Origin: a virus
Lineage: Duplodnaviria; Caudoviricetes
Strand: one strand, 5' to 3'
Virus record (IMG/VR): IMGVR_UViG_3300031576_000065
Location: 1-50,791 of that record
Length of the DNA: 50,791 nucleotides
Of the stretch, positions 26,117-35,604 are shown piece after piece. The stretch's first letter is position 1; every line of letters starts with the position of its first letter. Below the pieces are notes generated by a model. It saw only the letters and a program-made list of their open reading frames with translations. It ran no database searches and was not told the DNA's origin. A program made the translations under genes and the position numbers.

Positions 26117-26603
26117 ATATCCCGTGGTTGTGCCTGGGGCAGGGCCTGTCCCGGCCCTGGGCATGATTATCGGAGAGGCACCAGGAAGAACAGAAATTGA
26201 AAAAGGTATCCCCTTCTGTGGTAGAAGCGGTGCATTGCTCGATGAGATTCTACAGCATGTGGGTTCGTCCCGATCTGAGGTCTACATCACGAACATATTC
26301 AAGGGTGACGTGGGATCTGGAAATCGGAACCCCACAGAAGATGAATTGGCAGATCATTGGGAGCTACTTGGGGTTGAAGTTTCCAAAGTCAATCCGAAAG
26401 CAATCCTTCTCCTTGGCCGCATTGCCGGAGCAGCTTTCTTTACTCCGTTCGGAAGGATGGGAGATAGAGTTGGACGCTGGGGATTGGTTGGCGACCGACC
26501 CACAATGGTCGGGTATCATCCAGCGTATGTGTTGCGAGGAGGATACCCAAGAAACTATTGGGAAAGGGATATAAGGAGGTTCGTTGAGTTCATTCGAGAT
26601 TAA
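26094..26603 (+). CDS. Uracil-DNA glycosylase, family 4-like
   Basis: IGEAPG..E..PFCGRSG..YITN..NRNP..YHPAY. Confidence 0.88.
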   Translation: MPETTNLKYPVVVPGAGPVPALGMIIGEAPGRTEIEKGIPFCGRSGALLDEILQHVGSSRSEVYITNIFKGDVGSGNRNPTEDELADHWELLGVEVSKVNPKAILLLGRIAGAAFFTPFGRMGDRVGRWGLVGDRPTMVGYHPAYVLRGGYPRNYWERDIRRFVEFIRD

Positions 26604-26916
26604 AGATTCAGGGATTCGTGAACTCTATGTTGGTGGTATGGTTAGAGATACCGCTAATGAGAAAGTGAACTATCTCCTTGTGTTCGATGGGCCAATGCTC
26701 GACCGCTGGGCTGCACATTTAACAGCGGGTGCAAAGAAGTATGACGCCCGTAACTGGATGCTAGCATCCGGCCCTGAGGAGTACGAGAGATTCAGAGAGT
26801 CAGCCACACGGCACTTCCGTATGTGGTTGGCCGGAGAAACAGACGAAGACCATGCTTCAGGTGTGTTCTTCAACATCAACGGCTCGGAGTATGTCAAATG
26901 CCTACTTTCGCAGTAG
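26584..26916 (+). CDS. dATP/dGTP diphosphohydrolase-like protein (DUF5664-like)
   Basis: GMVRD..K..GAKKY..RNW..SATRH..EDH..N. Confidence 0.75.
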   Translation: MSSFEIKDSGIRELYVGGMVRDTANEKVNYLLVFDGPMLDRWAAHLTAGAKKYDARNWMLASGPEEYERFRESATRHFRMWLAGETDEDHASGVFFNINGSEYVKCLLSQ

Positions 26917-27296
26917 ATTGGGACGGTACATGTGTTGAGAGTAAATACCCTGAGGAAGGCGATTGGCTTCCTGGTGCATTGGAAACCCTATATACGCTCG
27001 ATCGGTTGGGGGAGGTCATCATCCACTCCGTCAGAGTTGCACCGGTTGCGCCCTTCACAGAAGGAGCAATCCCCAAACCAGGAGAGGAAACGCCCATACC
27101 CGAGCAAGCTGAGCGAGAGTATAACTACATCCGTCGTATGCTAGATGTAGCGGGGTTGGCCCATGTGGAAATCTGGCAACGCCCGTACAAGCCGCCGGCT
27201 ATGGTGTATATTGACGACCGCGCTATACGATTTGAGGGCGACTGGAACGCTACTCTTGATGAAGTGTTGGAGAAAATCCAACCTGTGCTAATATAG
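26898..27296 (+). CDS. HAD-superfamily phosphatase
   Basis: AVDWDGT..KP..YIDDRA. Confidence 0.75.
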   Translation: MPTFAVDWDGTCVESKYPEEGDWLPGALETLYTLDRLGEVIIHSVRVAPVAPFTEGAIPKPGEETPIPEQAEREYNYIRRMLDVAGLAHVEIWQRPYKPPAMVYIDDRAIRFEGDWNATLDEVLEKIQPVLI

Positions 27297-27300
27297 GAGA

Positions 27301-28626
27301 GTGATGGCTATTGAAACTAACCGGGGTAAAGAAGTCTTGGCGTGGTTTTTGGGACGAGGTATTTCCCCACAAACCGTTGAAGATTTTGGAATCTACGTGG
27401 CTAACGATGGGGCCGTCGTCTTCCCTTATGGAGACATGGCTAAAAAACGCTATGGTATCCCAACCGGAGAGCGATCTTTTCGTTGGAGTACCGGTACTGA
27501 TCCGATTCTCTTTAATCGCAGAGACCTTGGAAAGCAACAGGTCTTTTTGGTTGAAGGAGAGACAGACACTATGCGACTCAGACAAGAGATTGGAGAAAAC
27601 CCCAATGTTGGGGTGGTTGGCCTTCCTGGAATCGAAACTTGGAATTCCAGCATGGCTGATGACCTTAACCCATCCGACACAGTTCTCGTTGTACTCGACA
27701 ACGACCTTGATTATCGAGTCAGCGGACGGGTGGACGAGTGTTACCGATCCATACGGTCGGCCTTGGGACGTAAGGCACGGCGGGTTCTTCTGCCCCGAGG
27801 GATTAACGATGTCTGTGAATTCTTCGAGAATCACACTTTGGACGCACTACGGCTTCTTACTTCCCGCTTACCCTCGGCCGGAACGAGCAGGTTCAAGACG
27901 CTCAGTTTGACTCAGGAACCAAAACCACCAGCCTGGGTCGTGCAAGACTTGATCTGCATGGGGGACATCCATATCTTGATTGGAGAGCCAAACATTGGAA
28001 AGTCGTTCATCACTATGGACATGGCGACGGCGATCTCGGGTGTACGGGATGTTGTCCTCGGTCACGTGGTATGCCAACATGGGCGTGTCCTCTACATCGA
28101 CGAGGAAAACCCGGAGGATCTGGTAGTTAGTAGGTTCCAAAGGCTTGGCCTCACAGAGGAATACGCAAAGAACATTCGTTATATCAACAATGCAAGTGTA
28201 CGCCTGGATAGAGACCCGGATGCATTGCTGGACGAGGCAATTGAATTTGAACCCGTCCTAATTGTTCTGGACAGCCTCACAAGGCTACATGGACAAGATG
28301 AGAACGCATCAGGCCCAATGTCTGCCCTATTTAACGACGGTATCTCGCCACTCGCAAGACAAACCGGAGCGGCTGTTCTTGTCATACACCATGTTAGTAA
28401 AACGGACAGTACATCATCCTTCAAGAGAGCGAGAGGTAGTAGTGACATCACCGCAGCAATTGACACTGGCTTTGATGTCTATAAGGCGGACGATGGTACG
28501 CTCAGGGTTAAGAACTTCAAGGCCCGTAGAGCAGCCCAAGCAAACACCATCTACGCATCCATCATGGACAGGTCGGATGGGTCTGTGGAAGTGGCTAACC
28601 TCTCGGGGTTCGGGGGTGCGTTCTAA
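27301..28626 (+). CDS. Primase-helicase (TOPRIM plus RecA-like RepA-type ATPase)
   Basis: LVEGETD, LDND, NDVCE; Walker A GEPNIGKS, YIDEE, LIVLDSL, IHHVSK, RGSS. Confidence 0.88.
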   Translation: MMAIETNRGKEVLAWFLGRGISPQTVEDFGIYVANDGAVVFPYGDMAKKRYGIPTGERSFRWSTGTDPILFNRRDLGKQQVFLVEGETDTMRLRQEIGENPNVGVVGLPGIETWNSSMADDLNPSDTVLVVLDNDLDYRVSGRVDECYRSIRSALGRKARRVLLPRGINDVCEFFENHTLDALRLLTSRLPSAGTSRFKTLSLTQEPKPPAWVVQDLICMGDIHILIGEPNIGKSFITMDMATAISGVRDVVLGHVVCQHGRVLYIDEENPEDLVVSRFQRLGLTEEYAKNIRYINNASVRLDRDPDALLDEAIEFEPVLIVLDSLTRLHGQDENASGPMSALFNDGISPLARQTGAAVLVIHHVSKTDSTSSFKRARGSSDITAAIDTGFDVYKADDGTLRVKNFKARRAAQANTIYASIMDRSDGSVEVANLSGFGGAF

Positions 28627-28922
28627 TGACCGAACATGTAGAGGGAAGGGCGATACCACATGAAGTGGACAACACCGCTACGATCTACGAGGATAAGAGA
28701 GACCTACTGTGGGTCACGCATCAAGAACTTCTCAACTGTGGTTACATTAACCTAGAGGACTTCAACGTCGTCTATTTGAACGGTAAATTCTATGAGTTAC
28801 AAGGTTATTCACACACAGCTAATTCTTGGTGGATAAGTGAGGTGAGCCTTGACGAAAATGAAGATCCAAGTACCTTATTCCCCCTATCTATCAAAGAATA
28901 TGATGATGGGACGGGGGCGTAA
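28626..28922 (+). CDS. Hypothetical protein
   Basis: TAATG coupling. Confidence 0.6.
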   Translation: MTEHVEGRAIPHEVDNTATIYEDKRDLLWVTHQELLNCGYINLEDFNVVYLNGKFYELQGYSHTANSWWISEVSLDENEDPSTLFPLSIKEYDDGTGA

Positions 28923-29337
28923 GGGGCACTTTATGTATGCAAAAACCAGGCAAGCTCGGGATCAGATTTCTGATCTAGTTAAGGATTCCGGACCTTGGTT
29001 TCATGCAAAGGTGTGGCTTAATATTCACGTTACATTGCCTCACCGTAAAATAGATCCTATTAATGTCATTGATGTTGTAGCAGACGGCGTTAAATTAGGA
29101 ATCAATATTGACGATAACTGGTTTGCGATTGAAAAACTAGATTGGTCAATGGGACAAGAGGGTCTTGTTGATATTGAAATATGGCAAGAGGCTGACCAAG
29201 ATTATCGTGTATGTACTGATTGTAAAGAGATTAGACCATTAACAGAGTTTACTGTCAATAAACGAGGTCCACTAGGAAGGGCATACCTCTGTAAATTCTG
29301 TCGTCGTGAAAGATACTCAAAAAGGAGTGGTAATTAA
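28858..29337 (+). CDS. RusA-like Holliday junction resolvase with C-terminal Zn finger
   Basis: RKIDPINVIDVVADG..IDD; CTDC..CKFC. Confidence 0.6.
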   Translation: MKIQVPYSPYLSKNMMMGRGRKGHFMYAKTRQARDQISDLVKDSGPWFHAKVWLNIHVTLPHRKIDPINVIDVVADGVKLGINIDDNWFAIEKLDWSMGQEGLVDIEIWQEADQDYRVCTDCKEIRPLTEFTVNKRGPLGRAYLCKFCRRERYSKRSGN

Positions 29338-29672
29338 TGGCTGACTATGCGTCAGCAGTAGGGTTTGTCCAGTTTGACCCCACAGTTCGTGAGGCCAACG
29401 GCCAGACCGTGGTTGACTATACCCTCAAGACGCCGGGTACAGATGGTCGTCTTATTCGCGTGACCGTGTGGCCCGAGCTACAGGGTGACGAGATTAAGAG
29501 GGGCGACTTCCTGGCAGTTGATGGTAAGATGACAATTAGTTCCTATGAGAAGGAAGGCGAGCGGCGTCAGTCTATCCAGATTAGCGCCAAGCAGCTAGCA
29601 TACCTTCCCGGTCGCTCACAGGCTGATCGTGAAGTGGTCAATAGTCAGGACACCAGCAAGGATCTGTTTTAA
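29337..29672 (+). CDS. ssb: Single-stranded DNA-binding protein
   Basis: OB-fold pattern IRVTVW..KRGDFLAVDGKM..YEKEGERR; C-terminal DLF. Confidence 0.8.
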   Translation: MADYASAVGFVQFDPTVREANGQTVVDYTLKTPGTDGRLIRVTVWPELQGDEIKRGDFLAVDGKMTISSYEKEGERRQSIQISAKQLAYLPGRSQADREVVNSQDTSKDLF

Positions 29673-29675
29673 GTC

Positions 29676-29933
29676 ATGGCTGCGGTCGCCTGGTCAGAGC
29701 ATGACGGCTCAGAGCGTATCGCGGCGTACTGGTCTTTGTTTGAACGGCGTTCGCGTCGTTTTGTCGGTGCTAGGGGGGCGGAGTTCGATGATCTTGTGCA
29801 GGAGGCAGCCATTTCGGGTTGGAAGGCACTCAGTGAAGGCTGGGTTCCAACGTCTCGGGTGATTGACCGAGCACTTATTCGATACTGCCGCTCCCTTAAC
29901 ACCGGAGGTTGGCGTCTTGTTGCGGAAGGGTAG
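29676..29933 (+). CDS. Sigma70 region 2-only protein
   Basis: AEFDDLVQEAAISGWKA..RALIRYCR. Confidence 0.7.
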   Translation: MAAVAWSEHDGSERIAAYWSLFERRSRRFVGARGAEFDDLVQEAAISGWKALSEGWVPTSRVIDRALIRYCRSLNTGGWRLVAEG

Positions 29934-30213
29934 CTACAGCGCAGAAGAAGTTGAGGCTGTTGCCGAAGGTTATGAGGAACTGGACAGGGTTGATAAAGCC
30001 TGGATTCAGGTTCGCATCATAGACCTTCGCCGAGCGTTTGATACACTCAAACCGGAGAGGCAGCAGGCCGTGCTTCTTGTTGGGTTGTTGGGCTACTCAA
30101 CTCGGCAAGCTGCGTCGTATCTACAAGTTAGCCACACAACCGTAGCTAACCGCTATAAAGCGGGGCTAGGCGCTATACAAGCCTACTTGAATGGAGTTCA
30201 TTATTCCAAGTAA
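29917..30213 (+). CDS. Sigma70 region 4-only (HTH) protein
   Basis: GGAGG-8 nt-TTG; DLRRAFDTLKPERQQAVLL..GYSTRQAASYLQVSHTTVANR. Confidence 0.75.
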   Translation: MLRKGSYSAEEVEAVAEGYEELDRVDKAWIQVRIIDLRRAFDTLKPERQQAVLLVGLLGYSTRQAASYLQVSHTTVANRYKAGLGAIQAYLNGVHYSK

Positions 30214-31105
30214 ATCGAACATCAATTGGCGCGAAGCCGCCAGACTAGCCGTGGAGCAGGGTTTGTCTAACCGTAAAATTGGGGACAAGCTGGGTGTGAA
30301 TGAAAGCACCATCCGCCGCGGACTAGCCACCATGAGGATTCAAAGGCATCTAGTACCTACAGATCCTACAGTGACAGATCGGTTGAAGTTGCAGATTGAT
30401 GATCCAATTCGTTTGCCGGTATCCAAGACTTATGCAATCACAGCGGACTGGCATATCCCACTCTATGATCCTGAATACGTTAATGTGTTCATCAAGGACG
30501 CTAGAGATCGGGATATTAGATCCCTAATCCTTGCAGGTGATTACTTTAACTTTGATGCACTCTCGCAGTATGCTCCTAAGCAAGAGGGAGCAGGGTTGGA
30601 GGGGGAGCTAGCTGAAGCGGAATCTGTGATGCGTGTTCTACTTGAATCCTTCGACGATATCTACTATCTCTGGGGAAATCACGATGCTCGTTTACATAAA
30701 GCGTTGGGGTTCACAATCCAGTTCCGGGAGGCCATGAAGCTTGTTTTCGGGGCACTCGGTACGGAGGCACTCAAGCGGATCACGTTCACAAACCTGGATC
30801 ATCTATGGATAGGAGAGGAGTGGTATGTCTGCCATCCGGCGAACTACACCCGAATCCCGCTATCTACGGCGAGAGCGCTCAGCACGAAATACGAGTGTAA
30901 CGTCATCACGGCACATTCGCATCATTGCGCAGTGGGATATGGCATTAATGGCGCAAATGTTGTTGCAGAGATTGGAGGATTGTTTGACAGACATAAAACA
31001 GGATACCTCCAAAGATCAACCACCTTCCCGACCTGGGCACAAGGATACGCCTTCCTCACAGAAGGAAGACTCACAGTCCAGTCTCCGGGATGGCAAACGG
31101 GATAA
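30191..31105 (+). CDS. HTH plus calcineurin-like metallophosphoesterase
   Basis: GLSNRKIGDKLGVNESTIRR; DWH, GDYFN, GNHD, CH, HSH. Confidence 0.85.
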   Translation: MEFIIPSKSNINWREAARLAVEQGLSNRKIGDKLGVNESTIRRGLATMRIQRHLVPTDPTVTDRLKLQIDDPIRLPVSKTYAITADWHIPLYDPEYVNVFIKDARDRDIRSLILAGDYFNFDALSQYAPKQEGAGLEGELAEAESVMRVLLESFDDIYYLWGNHDARLHKALGFTIQFREAMKLVFGALGTEALKRITFTNLDHLWIGEEWYVCHPANYTRIPLSTARALSTKYECNVITAHSHHCAVGYGINGANVVAEIGGLFDRHKTGYLQRSTTFPTWAQGYAFLTEGRLTVQSPGWQTG

Positions 31106-31164
31106 GTGGCCGGACGACTATCGCGGGTTTGGTAGTAACGTAAAGCCAAAGAAGCAGAAATAGA

Positions 31165-31213
31165 AAAATAGCCCCCGTGTAGGCTAAATGTAACCTACAC
31201 GGGGGCTCACTTT
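31165..31213. terminator. Intrinsic terminator at the convergence of the two arms
   Basis: 13-bp perfect stem GCCCCCGTGTAGG/CCTACACGGGGGC, with a T-tract on the - strand. Confidence 0.8.
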
Positions 31214-31223
31214 GCAAGGGACA

Positions 31224-31712
31224 TTAATAAGCGCGATTGCCTGGCCCTGCCCTTCCAAAGGAAGGGTCCATTGTCCCCTCCCACGGGGTAGAAATTCCCC
31301 TCTGGCTCATGAGTTCTTGGATAAGCTTTAGAATGCGGGGGTCTATTCCCCCTTCTGGGATTCCCATAGGAGAAGCCTGCTCAAAGTTACCAAAGGTACC
31401 CTGAAAAGGCTGAGAAGTCCGCGAAGGCATTGGCGGAATAGGCCCGTCGCTGGGCTCGTCATAGAAACCCGGCTGCTGAGTTTGCCACGGGGGGTTATTT
31501 CTAATGTCCCCCATGCCGGGAAACCCCGACGGACCGGAAGGAATTGGCATAACATCCTTACTTAGATCGAACCTGCCCCTCTTTGAGCGCAAAACCTGCT
31601 CAACTCTATGAGGATTGTAACCCACGTCACCTTTCACTCCCCGGTCACGTGGAACAGCCCTACCCAACCTCTTCTTTAGGTCTCCGGTTAGTCCCCTTTT
31701 CATATAAGCCAT
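31224..31712 (-). CDS. Hypothetical P/G-rich protein
   Basis: Coupled ORF; ends GPGNRAY, similar to GPGARAY of 45474-45866. Confidence 0.65.
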   Translation of the reverse strand: MAYMKRGLTGDLKKRLGRAVPRDRGVKGDVGYNPHRVEQVLRSKRGRFDLSKDVMPIPSGPSGFPGMGDIRNNPPWQTQQPGFYDEPSDGPIPPMPSRTSQPFQGTFGNFEQASPMGIPEGGIDPRILKLIQELMSQRGISTPWEGTMDPSFGRAGPGNRAY

Positions 31713-32821
31713 TAGGGTCTCTTTCTTTTTCGTTTGAGCTCCGCTTTCGCAAAAGCACGCAACTCATGTTCTGTCATAGGGCCTCCAAGGGCGTCAAGGA
31801 GCCTGTTTGCTCGACTACCCTGGCGTTCTGTAAGGTTTGTCATAGAAAAATTGCTTCCTCTGAGTTTTGATTTGAAAATATCTGCATCGTAGAGGTCATC
31901 AGTAAGATATTCAATGAGGCGTCTTAGACCCTGCGTGTTTTCTGGCTTAAAATACCTAGTCAAACTATTGGTAGCCAAATTGACATTAAAAATATCGCGA
32001 GGATCTCCCGGCATTGTAGCATTAGAAACCCATCCTTCCAACCAGGCATCCCTGGTTGGGGACATATCAGGGTTTATAGGTACGCGCCGAACATTGGAAT
32101 CTCCAATTCTACGGGCCAGTTTTTTCCCCAACATTCCATGGCTCTCTCCTAGATTTCCAATAGGGACACTCCCCTCAAAAGGGTGTACCAGCCAAGGTAT
32201 CCTCCCGCCGAGACCTGTGTCGCCATGGGGTATTGTTTCTGGAAGTTGCATAATTTTAGACCGCTTGAATGGATCGCCCTTTCCATAATGTTTTGGAAAT
32301 CTAGAGGCAGATATTTCCTCTAGGTTTAGTTTTCTTCCCCCTTGAGGGGAAATAACAAATTCACCTACGCCCAAAAGGTCGTTTATTTTGGAAGAAGAAA
32401 GTGCTCCTAAATTTCTGCCAACTTGGGTACCCATCCCGATAGGACGGTTAACTCCACCGGGGCCTTGATATTCAAGAAGTTTGAGCACATCGGGTTTAAA
32501 GAACTTATAGGTATCTTTTGCCATCCGACGGGGTTCATCAACGAAGGTAGCTTTAGCTTCCCGCTTAAGCGCCTGCCCGACCTTCTTATCGGCAATCTTA
32601 GCCCCCGTCCACCAAAGCTTGGCATCGCTCTTAGCCTTTCCAATAGGATCTTCAATCCAAGCCTTTGTGTCTTCTTTAACAAATTCGGCGGCGGACTTGA
32701 GAAACCCAATGACAGGATCTCCACCCCCAATCGTGCGCGGCTTAGAATGGCGACCTGTTACAACCATTTTCTTTTTGGGAAGGGGGTTTCCTATTCCTGA
32801 TCCAGTTCTGCGCCCCGGCAT
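31712..32821 (-). CDS. Hypothetical protein (369 aa)
   Basis: Long coupled ORF in the late operon. Confidence 0.7.
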   Translation of the reverse strand: MPGRRTGSGIGNPLPKKKMVVTGRHSKPRTIGGGDPVIGFLKSAAEFVKEDTKAWIEDPIGKAKSDAKLWWTGAKIADKKVGQALKREAKATFVDEPRRMAKDTYKFFKPDVLKLLEYQGPGGVNRPIGMGTQVGRNLGALSSSKINDLLGVGEFVISPQGGRKLNLEEISASRFPKHYGKGDPFKRSKIMQLPETIPHGDTGLGGRIPWLVHPFEGSVPIGNLGESHGMLGKKLARRIGDSNVRRVPINPDMSPTRDAWLEGWVSNATMPGDPRDIFNVNLATNSLTRYFKPENTQGLRRLIEYLTDDLYDADIFKSKLRGSNFSMTNLTERQGSRANRLLDALGGPMTEHELRAFAKAELKRKRKRP

Positions 32822-33468
32822 TAAACAAGACCAAGGATCGGATGAGCTAGCAAGGGTCTGAGCTTAAGAATCTGGTTGATGTCAACCCGCCCAACAGCGC
32901 CCTTAGGGTGAACCGGGGAATAACCCCCCGCCTCGGACGTGAACTGGTGCAGATGGACATTTTTCCACGGGAACGGTGCGACGGGAGTAAATGGGTTTCC
33001 GTCGTTAGACCAATGGGCGAGCCAGAGGGCCGCTCCAATGGGTGCATCTGCCCTCATTGCCTGAATCCAACCCTTAGAGGCGTAGAACATGGGTAGGGTA
33101 CCACTTAGTCGCTGAACTTCTTGGTTGAAAGTACGTGACCAGGCCACCAACTGCGACCATGATAGGCCCCCGGCGTTAGCTTCCAGATCAAGTGCAGGCC
33201 GAAAATCACGTCGCTCAATGGTTTCCAGGTACTTAACGAAGTGGGCTGCCTCAGCCTTGGCATCACCACCGTTTGGCTGTGCAAAATGATAACCCCCAAC
33301 TCGAAGTCCCTGTGCGCGGGCTCGCTTGGACCAATTTTTGAACACAGGATCAATAAAGGTAGCGCCTTCACTAACCTTCAACATCACACCTTTAACGCCA
33401 GCTTTTTCAAGCAGATCGAAATTAGGGTTTTCATTGTTGTTTGACAAATCAAGAACTAGATCAGCCAT
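32821..33468 (-). CDS. Endolysin, GH25 muramidase
   Basis: LDLSNNN, KVSEG, GGYHF, ALDLE, LWLAHW, HQFTS, VDIN. Confidence 0.9.
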   Translation of the reverse strand: MADLVLDLSNNNENPNFDLLEKAGVKGVMLKVSEGATFIDPVFKNWSKRARAQGLRVGGYHFAQPNGGDAKAEAAHFVKYLETIERRDFRPALDLEANAGGLSWSQLVAWSRTFNQEVQRLSGTLPMFYASKGWIQAMRADAPIGAALWLAHWSNDGNPFTPVAPFPWKNVHLHQFTSEAGGYSPVHPKGAVGRVDINQILKLRPLLAHPILGLV

Positions 33469-34388
33469 TAGTTATTCCTTCCTGCGAGCGCCTGGGCGGC
33501 AGGTGCATGCTGCGAAGCCCATTGTGCATATGACTTCCCGCGTCTTTGTAGTTCCTTAGCGAAGGCTTGCTGTGTTCCAAAGTTCTGACCAAACCACTGC
33601 AGACCCTTTTGCTCAATTCGGGTAGGTGCCTGAGAAAATCCGTGGCCTAGGAACATCAATGGTGAGCGGCCCTTTCCCTGCGGACTTTTAGTTGAAGAAG
33701 TCGTAGGAGCAGCCTGCCCACCAGTATCCTGTGAGGGGGCTGCCGGGCCAAAGGCTTTTGGGATATCACGTCCAATGAAATCGTCGAGGGTCCACACGGC
33801 CGCACCGCCGTATCCCACCCCCCGGTGAGCCGGAGACAAAATTGGAGATATAAGGCGGGGGTCAACTCCTCGATCAATAAGGGTCTGAACCATCTGTTGT
33901 GGATCAAAAGCATCGTTGGCAGAATCTGCTGCGTAGGCTTGAGGTAGCCACTCTGTGTTTGGTCCCCAGGCTTCATAGTTAAAGTCGCGCTGGTTTCCCA
34001 TAGGTGTTACCGCTGTACGCACGTTTGGTAGATACTGCTGCCAAAGTCGCGCTAGTTCAGCATTCTTTTGCCAGCCAGCAGAACCCTCGTATCCCTTATA
34101 CGCCTGTTCCAAATCGGGAACAAGCAGATCGGGGTTGTATTGTGCGTACAGCTGAGCCATCCGTGCAACAAAAGCCCGATCATCGTTCCCAACTGCGTTA
34201 GGATCTCCCCAAATTCCAAAGGGAATTCCTGCTGCGCGGGAGTCGTGAATTGCTTGTGCAAGGTAGGGATCATTATAGTCAAACAGAGCCCCACCGTAGC
34301 CGGCCGCCATTAGTTTTTGTAAGTCATCCACGTCGCGCCCAAGGGAGGCATACGACCGGACGAACCCATAGTCCCTCCGTTTAGCCAT
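33468..34388 (-). CDS. Glycoside-hydrolase-like (TIM-barrel) protein
   Basis: GIPFGIW..VPDLE..WLPQAY pattern; next to the lysin. Confidence 0.5.
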   Translation of the reverse strand: MAKRRDYGFVRSYASLGRDVDDLQKLMAAGYGGALFDYNDPYLAQAIHDSRAAGIPFGIWGDPNAVGNDDRAFVARMAQLYAQYNPDLLVPDLEQAYKGYEGSAGWQKNAELARLWQQYLPNVRTAVTPMGNQRDFNYEAWGPNTEWLPQAYAADSANDAFDPQQMVQTLIDRGVDPRLISPILSPAHRGVGYGGAAVWTLDDFIGRDIPKAFGPAAPSQDTGGQAAPTTSSTKSPQGKGRSPLMFLGHGFSQAPTRIEQKGLQWFGQNFGTQQAFAKELQRRGKSYAQWASQHAPAAQALAGRNN

Positions 34389-34612
34389 TAGAACCCCAAT
34401 GTTTGAACAATTTTACCCAGAACACCACCGGCCGCAATAGCCCCCGCTGAGACAATATAGATTTTCTTTTCTACGGTTCTAATACGGTTCTCGTGGTCGT
34501 CAACAATTTCTTTGCTCGCTGCGCTCTCTTTGATTGCCCTAACGTCCTCTCGGACTTCAAGCACAAGCTCCCGGAGGCTTAGCCCCACACCGCTCCCGTT
34601 GGGTTCAGTCAT
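34388..34612 (-). CDS. Holin-like or XhlA-like membrane protein
   Basis: Coiled coil DHENRIRTVEK plus C-terminal TM helix; in the lysis cluster. Confidence 0.55.
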   Translation of the reverse strand: MTEPNGSGVGLSLRELVLEVREDVRAIKESAASKEIVDDHENRIRTVEKKIYIVSAGAIAAGGVLGKIVQTLGF

Positions 34613-35604
34613 TATTGTACAATCCTTCTCGCTCCGACGAATGAATTCTTAAATCGGGAGACTGGCTGGTATTGAACAACCGTTCCCGTTCTGGGGGCTA
34701 CAATCACCTTACCTCCCCCGACATACATAACCACATGACCCCCTCCGTTGGAGAAAATCAGATCACCCGGCTGGAATTGGCCCCATTTAACAGGCTGACC
34801 CACGTTGATCTGGTCGCCTGTAACCCTGGGGATATTGATGCCAACCTGTTTATACGCCCACTGGATAAGGTCTGAACAGTCAAAAGATGACGTATCCGGG
34901 CCTGAACCAAAAACATAGGGCTTCCCCACCTGTTCGTGTGCTGCTGCCAATACGCCGTCTACAACACCACCGGCCAGTCGCGATCTAGGCCGAGCCTTTG
35001 TCTGCTTGAGAGCAGGAGGCTCAACGGTCCCTAGGCGGTCAACCGCCCCTACCACGCGAGCAATGGAGTTACTGTTTACCTCCCCTGTTTCAGAATAGTT
35101 TTGGGCTAGTTTAATCCAAGATAGAGCTGCTTCCCTAGTATTCTGAAGGGAGCCTGAATTCTGGATATTTGCTAAAGAACGAACGTTTGACACCCGGCTT
35201 TGTCTGGGCTCGGATGTACTTTTCCGCCCTAACACCTTGTTTGCGTAGCGTAGACCTTTTGTAGGACTTCCGCTCACCCATACTGACAGATCACTCCTTG
35301 AATCGACATTATAGGCGTTACCCGACCTTAGGCCCGCGACGATGTTCGGATAACGCCCATTCAGCATCGTCTCGGCTGTCATCTTAACTCCGGTACCATA
35401 GTCGGCGAAGGCTTTTACACCGACTGAGTTGATGCTCTTACCTGGGCCCTGTGTTGTGTTGAGGGGGTTGAAAGAGGCTGAGTTATTAGTCCAGCCCCCC
35501 TCATGCTTCTGCCAGTTCCTAAGAAATTGACGGTTAGCCGAAGTGTTCGGTGCCCCTGCCGCCTTCAGCACATCGCCGAAGAAACGGTCAAGGTTAGCCG
35601 CCAT
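34612..35604 (-). CDS. Virion-associated peptidoglycan hydrolase (lysozyme-like N-domain plus NlpC/P60)
   Basis: W..HEGG..NPLNT..GV; GKPYVFG..FDCSDL..QPGDLIF..HVVMY. Confidence 0.88.
   Translation of the reverse strand: MAANLDRFFGDVLKAAGAPNTSANRQFLRNWQKHEGGWTNNSASFNPLNTTQGPGKSINSVGVKAFADYGTGVKMTAETMLNGRYPNIVAGLRSGNAYNVDSRSDLSVWVSGSPTKGLRYANKVLGRKSTSEPRQSRVSNVRSLANIQNSGSLQNTREAALSWIKLAQNYSETGEVNSNSIARVVGAVDRLGTVEPPALKQTKARPRSRLAGGVVDGVLAAAHEQVGKPYVFGSGPDTSSFDCSDLIQWAYKQVGINIPRVTGDQINVGQPVKWGQFQPGDLIFSNGGGHVVMYVGGGKVIVAPRTGTVVQYQPVSRFKNSFVGARRIVQ

Noticed and set aside
26584-26916. Evidence for Z-base or 7-deazaguanine DNA
   Set aside because: No PurZ, DpdA or Que/FolE-like genes were recognised; the diphosphohydrolase-like gene alone is not sufficient.
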